From: an uncultured archaeon
GTDB taxonomy: Archaea; Asgardarchaeota; Thorarchaeia; Thorarchaeales; Thorarchaeaceae
Assembly: GCA_964648855.1 (NCBI GenBank)
Contig: CAZYLT010000037.1
Location: 1-10,877, forward strand
DNA: 10,877 nucleotides
Direction: 5' to 3'
Below the pieces are notes generated by a model. That model saw nothing but the letters and a program-made list of their open reading frames with translations. It was not told where the DNA came from and ran no database searches. The position numbers and the translations under genes were made by a program. Positions 1-6,912 of the stretch are shown piece after piece. Numbering within the stretch: the stretch's first letter is position 1; every line of letters begins with the position of its first letter.

Positions 1-57
1 AAAAAACCATACTAGTGAAAAAGAGATTCGGAGGTGAAAAGAATTAGCAAAGACCGG

Positions 58-180
58 ATGAGGGCCATTTATGAGCGCATGACAAAGGATCGTGCAGCCC
101 TTGAATTACTGTCAATTGGCATAGTTAGTGGCATTGCCACAGTAGTGCAGCCGCCTTGTGAGGATCCTAGCCCGTTCTAG
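58..180 (+). CDS. Putative 40-aa small protein MRAIYERMTKDRAALELLSIGIVSGIATVVQPPCEDPSPF (alternative in-frame starts: ATT at 43, GTG at 34)
   Basis: Translated by hand, ATG 58-60 to TAG 178-180. Strong SD GGAGGTGA at 30-37. Charged N-terminus, hydrophobic middle, and a C-terminal P-S-P-F-stop matching the P-E-P-F-stop of the two downstream micro-ORFs. Start codon uncertain. Confidence 0.6.
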   Translation: MRAIYERMTKDRAALELLSIGIVSGIATVVQPPCEDPSPF

Positions 181-182
181 CG

Positions 183-276
183 TAGCCTAGACGTGTGTGG
201 GTTCTCAAGTAAAGCTAGCCCTATTGCTATGTGATTCATGTCCGAATCATTGCAGCTAGTATGGGAGCCTAGGTTA
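183..276 (+). other. Predicted long imperfect RNA stem-loop between micro-ORFs
   Basis: Nested pairings read by eye: 183-188/271-276, 199-207/262-270 (9 bp, 3 G-U), 214-219/255-260, 225-227/252-254 and 231-237/244-250, closing loop ATGTCC (238-243). Confidence 0.45.
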
Positions 277-304
277 TCACAATCACGGAAGGAGGAGAAG
301 AACC

Positions 305-346
305 TTGGAGCCCGACCTTGGAGCACCATCACCTGAACCATTCTAA
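305..346 (+). CDS. 13-aa micropeptide MEPDLGAPSPEPF, copy 1 (TTG start)
   Basis: Codons ttg gag ccc gac ctt gga gca cca tca cct gaa cca ttc taa. SD GGAGGAG at 291-297, 7 nt before TTG. Same peptide as copy 2 with synonymous-only divergence. Confidence 0.8.
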   Translation: MEPDLGAPSPEPF

Positions 347-400
347 AAAAACGGAAGGAAACCGAAAAAAAACGAGAGTGACACCCGAATGAAAAAAACG
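345..400 (+). repeat. Three A7-8-CG tracts in the spacer between the two peptide genes
   Basis: AAAAAAACG at 345-353, AAAAAAAACG at 365-374 and AAAAAAACG at 392-400. Confidence 0.55.
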
Positions 401-425
401 AACAACAAGGAGGATGAAAGAAAAT

Positions 426-467
426 ATGGAACCTGATTTAGGAGCCCCGAGCCCCGAGCCATTCTAA
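426..467 (+). CDS. 13-aa micropeptide MEPDLGAPSPEPF, copy 2 (ATG start; in-frame ATG at 414 would add MKEN)
   Basis: Codons atg gaa cct gat tta gga gcc ccg agc ccc gag cca ttc taa. SD GGAGGA at 409-414. Same peptide as copy 1. Confidence 0.8.
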   Translation: MEPDLGAPSPEPF

Positions 468-514
468 AAAATACCTAAGAAATACTTGAACAAAGAGAAA
501 AAGGAGAAAACAAA

Positions 515-766
515 ATGATAGGAAATGCAACAGAAACAGCATTCGCAAATTTGATAGCACCTGAAAGCGGAAGAGCAGTTGACCCCTTTGCTGACCCAGA
601 GGTTGTACGCCTAACGGCAGTCAATCTAGAATTGGCAGTGAAGAATTTGATGACTGCTTCAACTCCACCTGAATGCATAGTCCTCACTGCAGATATCTGC
701 TCACATAGGCTGATTGCGAGACCTACTGCAGATGGCGACGTGAGTGTACTAGTGTTCGACGAATAG
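515..766 (+). CDS. 83-aa hypothetical protein, possibly a minimal Roadblock/LC7 (MglB/profilin-like) fold
   Basis: SD GGAG at 503-506 in an A-rich leader, ATG start and protein-like composition. Apparent order beta(ANLIA)-turn(PESG)-beta(RAV)-helix(PEVVRLTAVNLELAVKNLM)-beta(ECIVLT)-beta(RLIARP)-beta(VSVLVF). The coding call is fairly firm; the fold is inference. Confidence 0.75.
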   Translation: MIGNATETAFANLIAPESGRAVDPFADPEVVRLTAVNLELAVKNLMTASTPPECIVLTADICSHRLIARPTADGDVSVLVFDE

Positions 767-815
767 CCAGTGTAACGACACTGGAAGAGTCTGTATCCGG
801 GGATCTGTCCCCGGA
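767..815 (+). other. Two perfect hairpins directly after the 83-aa gene (possible transcript 3' end or stability element)
   Basis: CCAGTGT-aacg-ACACTGG (767-784) and TCCGGGGA-tctg-TCCCCGGA (796-815). No U-tract follows, so this is not a classic intrinsic terminator. Confidence 0.6.
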
Positions 816-949
816 AACCGGGCTTGAAGGAGGCTATATAGTGAATGCAGAACATATGAATACCAAGCAGATGCTTCAGAGGCATAGGCCATATACACAA
901 TGCCGTAAGCCGAGCATGTCGCTTGATGTAAACATATGGAGAAACCAAA

Positions 950-2392
950 ATGACGGATATATCCTCAGAAGTCAGTATTCAAAAGGAGGAAAATTTGACT
1001 GATTTTGAAGACGATGTGTCAGTAGATGGATATGGTCAAGACGAAAAGGATGAGCTAGATTCGCAGCAATCGGACGGCGGTCTGCTCCATTCATTGAAAC
1101 TTATTTTATCAGCAAAAAACTATGGCGTGTATTTGATTACCGCATGGATTTTTGGATCTATTGTGTATCTTCAGGCATATCTTAATTTGTATCTGCGTGC
1201 TCTAGGATGGGATTTTGTAGTCATGGGAGTAATGATGTCAATACTAGCAGTATTTGCATCGGTAATGAAATTACTCGGAGGATATGTAGGAGATGTCACG
1301 AACAGAAAGAATCTCTCGGTTGTCGCGATGTTACCGATATCAGTTTTCTATTTCATCATTGGTGTCTTTGTTGACCCATTAATGATTGTTATCGCATTGA
1401 TAGTGTATCAGTCTCACGAAATTGCTAGGAGCGGCTCATCAGCATATATTCTGGAGAACACCCCCAAGAAAGACAGTGGTCTGGCAATGTCGTTATTCAA
1501 TGTGGGGAAGGTCTTTGGCATTGTGACATTGATAATTTTCGGGGCCTCGGTCACTATCTTAGGCTTTACTGAGGCATTCAGATCCATCTTCTTGGTCGCC
1601 AGTCTTATGATATTCTCATGTTCGATTGCTAGAGCAAAGTATCTTGAGTATGATGAGCAAGCTTGTAATGATTTACAAGATAAGTGGTCACTGAAACGGT
1701 TCTTACTGGAGAATAGGAGGGCAGCAAAACTGCTTGTGGCTTCGGTCCCAGGCCTTCTTACAATCGTGATTATGGATGGCATTAGTGATTCGTTTTTCAG
1801 ATTTGGTGCTTTGATATATGCCAATGAAGTATTAGCTATTGATATTTCCGGGATTAATATGATACTCCTTGTATACTCCATGCTTTCCGTCCCTCTTCTT
1901 CTTAAGATTGGGCGTGTATCAGACAAGAGTGGCACAAGAAGAGCGGCATTGATTGTATATTTGCTAATGCCAGTAAGTGCTGCACTATTGATACTTGCTC
2001 CAGTTATTGCATTCTGGGGACCCCAGACGTGGGTACTGACTGCAAACAGCATATATCCGGGACTGGGTGTTATTTTCTCTACTGCATTCATAGCTATAGT
2101 AATGAAATACCTTAACGATGCGTTATGGTATATGGTCCTGCTTACACTTATCCAGAAGAGTCTTCCAGAAAAGGATACTGCAAAAATACTGTCGATTTTT
2201 TGGTTCACAGTGTATGTCTGTTCCTCCATTGGCCCATTAATTGCAGGAGCCATATTCGAATATCTGAGTCCTGCTTTTCTGTTTGGGATTATGCTTATTC
2301 TAAATGTCATAATCTTGGTATCAATAAAGACGGGTCCTTTTGCAAAGAATGACTCACCAGCTGATGGAAATCAAAAACATGTTGTTGAGTAG
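950..2392 (+). CDS. Major facilitator superfamily (MFS) transporter
   Basis: About 12 hydrophobic segments in two halves. Motif-A-like GGYVGDVTNRK and its repeat GRVSDKSGTRR. Acidic N-terminal tail. Alternative in-frame start TTG at 995 with SD GGAGG at 985-989. Confidence 0.9.
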   Translation: MTDISSEVSIQKEENLTDFEDDVSVDGYGQDEKDELDSQQSDGGLLHSLKLILSAKNYGVYLITAWIFGSIVYLQAYLNLYLRALGWDFVVMGVMMSILAVFASVMKLLGGYVGDVTNRKNLSVVAMLPISVFYFIIGVFVDPLMIVIALIVYQSHEIARSGSSAYILENTPKKDSGLAMSLFNVGKVFGIVTLIIFGASVTILGFTEAFRSIFLVASLMIFSCSIARAKYLEYDEQACNDLQDKWSLKRFLLENRRAAKLLVASVPGLLTIVIMDGISDSFFRFGALIYANEVLAIDISGINMILLVYSMLSVPLLLKIGRVSDKSGTRRAALIVYLLMPVSAALLILAPVIAFWGPQTWVLTANSIYPGLGVIFSTAFIAIVMKYLNDALWYMVLLTLIQKSLPEKDTAKILSIFWFTVYVCSSIGPLIAGAIFEYLSPAFLFGIMLILNVIILVSIKTGPFAKNDSPADGNQKHVVE

Positions 2393-2435
2393 AATTCAAA
2401 AAGCCTACTGATTAGGACAACACGGACGTGATTTG

Positions 2436-3092
2436 ATGGCAGATAGCGAGAAGGCAATGAAGATCCTGGAGATTCTACAGGAAAGACATGAAGATGCCCC
2501 ACAGACGTATCTCAATTGGGAAAACCCGTATCAACTGCTTATCGTAACAATCCTCTCTGCACATACAACTGATGCAGCGGTCAATTCTGTTTCTGAAGAC
2601 CTATTCAAAGAATATCCTACTCCAAAAGACTTGGCAAATGCCGATGATGAAAATGTGATTGACATAATAACCAAGGTGGGAACCTATAACAGAAAAACGC
2701 GTTATATCAAGGAAACGGCAGAAATGATGGTGGAGGAGTTTGGCGGAGAAGTCCCAAAGAATATGAAAGATCTCGTAGAGTTCACAGGAGTAAGTCGCAA
2801 GACCGCTAACGTAGTGCTTCAGACTGCGTTCGATATTAACGAAGGAGTTGTAGTTGACACTCATGTTGGTCGAGTCACTAAGCGGTTGGGCCTAACTAAA
2901 GAGAAATCTGCCAAGAAAATTGAACAGGACCTAATGGACTTGCTACCTACGGATGAATGGGATGAGTGGGCACGAATCATGGGAGCTCATGGAAGAGATT
3001 TGTGTAGTGCAAGAAATCCTGATTGCCCGAATTGCCCCGTCAATCACTTATGTCCCTCTGCAGAATTAGAGGAGGCAAACGAAAGAACCTAA
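2436..3092 (+). CDS. nth: Endonuclease III (HhH-GPD DNA glycosylase/AP lyase with 4Fe-4S cluster)
   Basis: NPYQLLIVTILSA, HhH GVSRKTANVVL with the catalytic Lys, VVDTHV with the catalytic Asp, and C-X6-C-X2-C-X5-C (CSARNPDCPNCPVNHLC). ATG at 2436 preferred over TTG at 2433. Confidence 0.95.
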   Translation: MADSEKAMKILEILQERHEDAPQTYLNWENPYQLLIVTILSAHTTDAAVNSVSEDLFKEYPTPKDLANADDENVIDIITKVGTYNRKTRYIKETAEMMVEEFGGEVPKNMKDLVEFTGVSRKTANVVLQTAFDINEGVVVDTHVGRVTKRLGLTKEKSAKKIEQDLMDLLPTDEWDEWARIMGAHGRDLCSARNPDCPNCPVNHLCPSAELEEANERT

Positions 3093-3144
3093 AACGAATT
3101 AGTGCGTTGCGACTGTAGGAATAATCAGGACTTGGCGGGTCGAT

Positions 3145-4242
3145 ATGAGAATTGGCATGGTAAGCAAATTTGATGCAGCCGATGGTCTTTGTGTCAGAGC
3201 CAATGAGGTCCTAAGAGGGTTGGTGCGCCGAGGACATGAGGTTCACGCATTCACACAGTCACAGGAAGTTGCTGGGATTCCCACAGAAAATATCCACAGA
3301 TTCCGTGCATTTCAACTCAACCCACATTTCTCGTTAGATTCGTTCAATGCTATAAAAATAATAGCAGAAGGATGCCAGCGTCACGACATTGAAGTGCTCC
3401 ATGTGCAGATGAATTCTGGTAGTACCGAATTCCTTATTCCATATTTTGATGATGCGCTTCCCCCAAGAGTAGTAACCTTTCATTTAGCATATGCCCGTGG
3501 CAGTTCAGCATACACTACACTTTTTGAGATTGCATGGAAAGCATCGATTTTTGCGGCGAGAAAGTATGATCAAATAATTCTGGTTGATCCATCCCAGAAG
3601 CCATACTTCACCCGGTTGGGAATATCAGATGAACAATTATCCGTGATTACAAACGGCGTTAATATCAATCTCTTCAAGCCTGGAAAAAGGAGGGAAAACA
3701 AGATACTAGAATTTGTGTATGTAGGACGCCTAAGTTACGACAAGGGCGTGCACATTCTCTTAAGAGCATTTCAGAAATATCACCAAGAGAATCCGGATTC
3801 TAGGCTCACTCTCATAGGAGAAGGGATGGTAAAGCATCAAATACAGAAGTATAATGAGAACGGTTCCATTCGATGGCTCGGGGTCGTAGACCATCATCAG
3901 CTTCCTCGAATCTTGTCTGCGATGGATGTCTTTGTGATTCCGCAGAATATCGGAGGTCTCGGTTTGAGTGTCATGGAGGCAATGAGTTGTGGATTGCCCG
4001 TAATTACGACGGCCATAGGGGAAACTGTCAGGCTGTTGGGACCAGAAGAGGGAATCCTAGTTGAACCACATAGTACGCGTGGTGTTCTCGATGCCATGAG
4101 GAGAATTGGTGCTGACAATGCCCTGAGGGCGTCTATGGCTGGAAGATGTCGAAGAAAAATAGAACATCTGTATTCATGGAAACACCAGCTTGGGCTTCTT
4201 GAGGAAACCTATCGAAAAGTAGTCAAAGGCAAGAGCCAGTAG
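3145..4242 (+). CDS. Glycosyltransferase family 4 (GT-B fold)
   Basis: MRIGMVS start, GHEVHAFT, VITNGVN, YVGRLSYDKG, GLSVMEAMSCGLPVITT and C-terminal YSW motifs. Confidence 0.92.
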   Translation: MRIGMVSKFDAADGLCVRANEVLRGLVRRGHEVHAFTQSQEVAGIPTENIHRFRAFQLNPHFSLDSFNAIKIIAEGCQRHDIEVLHVQMNSGSTEFLIPYFDDALPPRVVTFHLAYARGSSAYTTLFEIAWKASIFAARKYDQIILVDPSQKPYFTRLGISDEQLSVITNGVNINLFKPGKRRENKILEFVYVGRLSYDKGVHILLRAFQKYHQENPDSRLTLIGEGMVKHQIQKYNENGSIRWLGVVDHHQLPRILSAMDVFVIPQNIGGLGLSVMEAMSCGLPVITTAIGETVRLLGPEEGILVEPHSTRGVLDAMRRIGADNALRASMAGRCRRKIEHLYSWKHQLGLLEETYRKVVKGKSQ

Positions 4243-4333
4243 AATCTCACTGTTCTTGATTGGTACAGGTCAGTGCATATAGTTTATCTTTGACCCTCAT
4301 TCAGATTATTTGTAAAATAACTAGGTGAACATT

Positions 4334-5647
4334 GTGCTAGATATCAAGTTCATTCGAGAAAATCCAGATGAGATAAGAAAGAATCTCAAGAAGAGAAGAA
4401 ACAACGAGAAACTCAAGGAGTTAGACCGGGTCATTGAACTTGATGAGAAGGTAAGGAAATTAAAGTGGGAGAGCCAGAAGCTTCGTACACAGAGGAACAA
4501 GCTATCGCGAAAAGTAGGGGAACTAAAGAAAGCAGGAAAAGATGCATCGGAAATTATTGAGAAAGTCAATGGAATAAATGCTGGCATCGAAGAAATCGAG
4601 AAGAAACAAGAAATTCTTGAGGAAAATCTCATTCAGATTCAAATGAGAATTCCAAATATGCTACACGAGAGTGTACCGTACGGCAAGGATGAAGAGGATG
4701 ATGAGGTTGTATCTGAATGGGGAGGAAAACCGGATCCAGGATTTGGTATCAAGAGTCATGTGGATTTGATAGAGACTTTGGACCTGGCGGATATTCCTAG
4801 GGCTGCAAAGATAGCAGGGTCGAGGTTCTTCTTTCTCAAGAACGAACTTGTTATGCTAGATATCGCAATGCAGAAGCTAGCATTGGAAATGTTGATTGAT
4901 AGAGGTTTTAGTCCTATTTATCCACCATTCATGATGAGAAGAACTCCATATGAGGGCGTTACTGATTTGGCAGATTTTGGAGATGTCATGTACAAGATGG
5001 AAGAAGAAGACCTCTATCTAATAGCAACATCGGAGCATCCCATTGCAGCAATGTATATGGACGAGATATTCGAACCTACTAACCTCCCGATTAAGTTTGC
5101 AGGAATTAGCACCTGTTTTAGGAAAGAAGCCGGAACCCATGGTAAGGACACAAAAGGCATCTTTCGTGTGCATCAATTCAGTAAGGTCGAGCAGTTTGTA
5201 TTTAGCCACCCTGATGACTCTTGGAAAATACATGAGGAGCTAAGGGAGAATATGGAGGCCTATTTCAGGAAATTGGAAATTCCCTATCGCATTGTTAACG
5301 TGTGTACGGGAGATATCGGAATAGTAGCATCCAAAAAGTATGATTTAGAAGCTTGGATGCCTGGGCAGGATAGGTATCGAGAGTTAGGGTCATGCAGCAA
5401 TTGCACTGCATATCAGGCGACTAGACTGAATATCAAACATAGAATAGAGAAGGGCAGTGTCGAAAAGGATTATCTCCACACACTGAATAGCACAATGGTT
5501 GCCAATCCACGAGCCTTTGTCGCGATTTTGGAGAATTTTCAGCAAGAGGGTGGAACAGTGAAGATTCCAAAGGCACTACACAAATATCTTCCTCCAAATA
5601 TGACAGAAATTAGAGTGGATAAGGACTGGCTTGGTTCTGAAACGTAA
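4334..5647 (+). CDS. serS: Seryl-tRNA synthetase (canonical, non-methanogen type)
   Basis: MLDIKFIRENP N-terminus with coiled-coil arm, LIATSEHP, motif 2 FRKEAG...GIFRVHQFSKVEQF, ELGSCSNCT, and motif 3 TLNSTMVANPR. GTG at 4334 preferred over 4325 because SD AGGTGA lies at 4323-4328. Confidence 0.97.
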   Translation: MLDIKFIRENPDEIRKNLKKRRNNEKLKELDRVIELDEKVRKLKWESQKLRTQRNKLSRKVGELKKAGKDASEIIEKVNGINAGIEEIEKKQEILEENLIQIQMRIPNMLHESVPYGKDEEDDEVVSEWGGKPDPGFGIKSHVDLIETLDLADIPRAAKIAGSRFFFLKNELVMLDIAMQKLALEMLIDRGFSPIYPPFMMRRTPYEGVTDLADFGDVMYKMEEEDLYLIATSEHPIAAMYMDEIFEPTNLPIKFAGISTCFRKEAGTHGKDTKGIFRVHQFSKVEQFVFSHPDDSWKIHEELRENMEAYFRKLEIPYRIVNVCTGDIGIVASKKYDLEAWMPGQDRYRELGSCSNCTAYQATRLNIKHRIEKGSVEKDYLHTLNSTMVANPRAFVAILENFQQEGGTVKIPKALHKYLPPNMTEIRVDKDWLGSET

Positions 5648-5658
5648 TCTCTTGAATC

Positions 5659-6888
5659 CTAGAGCCCAGCCTTCACTGCCAATTGTATGGCGCTATCTAT
5701 GGATCGTTGTAGGTCAGGTGGTAAGTCAGGCACCTCGAGCTTCACAAATCCATTTACAATGAGTGATGTCGCTTCTTCCTCGTCCAAACCGCGACTCATT
5801 AGGTACGTAAGCTGTTCAGCACCAACTTTTCCCACAGTTGCCTCATGGCTCAATTCAGTTCCCTCTGCTCGCGCGTTGAGCATAGGTACAGCTCGAATCG
5901 TCCCTTCATCACTAAGAAGAAGCCCATCACATTCTAGTCTAGCTCGAGTCTTTGGAGATAGCCCAATCAAATCGCCGCGAGCCACAATTTCTGCACTATC
6001 TGTAGCGATGGATCGAGATATCACTTTCCCATTGGTCTTTTCGGCTTCGAGACTTAGAGAACCACCAATATCATAGTAGGAATCCTTACTTCCATAGACG
6101 ACCGAGTATAGGTCTGACTTGGCACCAATACCTCGCAACCGAATTTTTGGAAAGGTCTGTATGGATTTCAAGGGGCTTAGCACAGCATAGGTTGAAAGAA
6201 ATATACCCCCCGCTTCCACGTGGGTGGCTGAACGTGGGCGGACATCAGTCTGCTCACTCCATTTGTGCACCATTGTAAAGGAAAGTTTGGCATTTTCCTG
6301 TACATAAAATTCTGAGATTCCTAAGTGCAATGAACGCTCAAGATTGCTAGGAGTAGCACAGCCTGTCATCATATGCAACTCCGACCCCTCTTCGGCAATT
6401 ATGATATTGTGAACATTCTGAACTGATTGGTTCTTCTTCATAATGAGACAGGTCTGCACGGGCATCTGAATCTTAGCCCCCGCTTTGGCCCGAATGAAAT
6501 ACCCATTGTATGGGTTCAATTCACTGGCAGCCGTATACTTGTCCACATCAACAGGAACTGCATTCCAGAGATAGTCTTGAGTCCAATCATATTTCTCAAG
6601 AGCTTTTCTGATTGGAATGACTTCCAATCCCTCCTGTTGCGTCATGACATCAGCCAAGAAGCTCTCATTATCAAATTGGATAAAGGATCCTGATGCCTTC
6701 TTTCCCGATACATCAAAACCGACTTCTGAGGCAATAGACTTGTCAGAGGGCTCAAGCTCCTCCAGGCTCTCAATCTCCATCATATCAGAGCCCTGATATG
6801 CATAGCTCTCCAGATCAAGGTCCTCCCCAAATGATGCCTCTTTTTTCAGAGCCTTTCTCGCTCGTTCACTCGATTTTTCTGATGTCAT
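5659..6888 (-). CDS. sufB: Fe-S cluster assembly scaffold, SufB/SufD family (SmsB-like)
   Basis: PVQTCL, QNVHNIIIAEEGS, GCAT, HLGISEFYV, VRPRS, LECDGLLL, ELSHEATVGK and YLMSRGLDEEEA motifs. SD GGAGG upstream on the - strand (6901-6897). Adjacent to sufC. Confidence 0.9.
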   Translation of the reverse strand: MTSEKSSERARKALKKEASFGEDLDLESYAYQGSDMMEIESLEELEPSDKSIASEVGFDVSGKKASGSFIQFDNESFLADVMTQQEGLEVIPIRKALEKYDWTQDYLWNAVPVDVDKYTAASELNPYNGYFIRAKAGAKIQMPVQTCLIMKKNQSVQNVHNIIIAEEGSELHMMTGCATPSNLERSLHLGISEFYVQENAKLSFTMVHKWSEQTDVRPRSATHVEAGGIFLSTYAVLSPLKSIQTFPKIRLRGIGAKSDLYSVVYGSKDSYYDIGGSLSLEAEKTNGKVISRSIATDSAEIVARGDLIGLSPKTRARLECDGLLLSDEGTIRAVPMLNARAEGTELSHEATVGKVGAEQLTYLMSRGLDEEEATSLIVNGFVKLEVPDLPPDLQRSIDSAIQLAVKAGL

Positions 6889-6912
6889 ATGTTGAGCCTC
6901 CTGAACCTTGTC

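Noticed and set aside
389-436. ORF MKKTNNKEDERKYGT from ATG 389
   Set aside because: Low-complexity product of the A-rich spacer, out of frame with and overlapping the better-supported 13-mer copy 2.
303-467. Short DNA repeats (CCTTGGAGC x2, GAGCCCC x2, CCATTCTAAAAAA x2) as a CRISPR array or mobile-element ends
   Set aside because: Too short and irregular, with no cas or transposase gene. Mostly explained by the duplicated Pro-rich peptide coding sequence.
183-822. Stem-loops as SECIS elements or tRNA
   Set aside because: No in-frame TGA in the adjacent ORFs, no SECIS core motif recognised and no cloverleaf.
475-948. 157-aa minus-strand ORF
   Set aside because: Antisense to the SD-led 83-aa gene and the hairpins, with non-protein-like composition.
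1414-2310. 298-aa minus-strand ORF
   Set aside because: Antisense shadow of the MFS gene, which has clear family motifs.
4280-4320. TATA-like boxes (TTTATC, TGTAAAATA) upstream of serS
   Set aside because: Degenerate and without a clear BRE, so they cannot be distinguished from AT-rich background.
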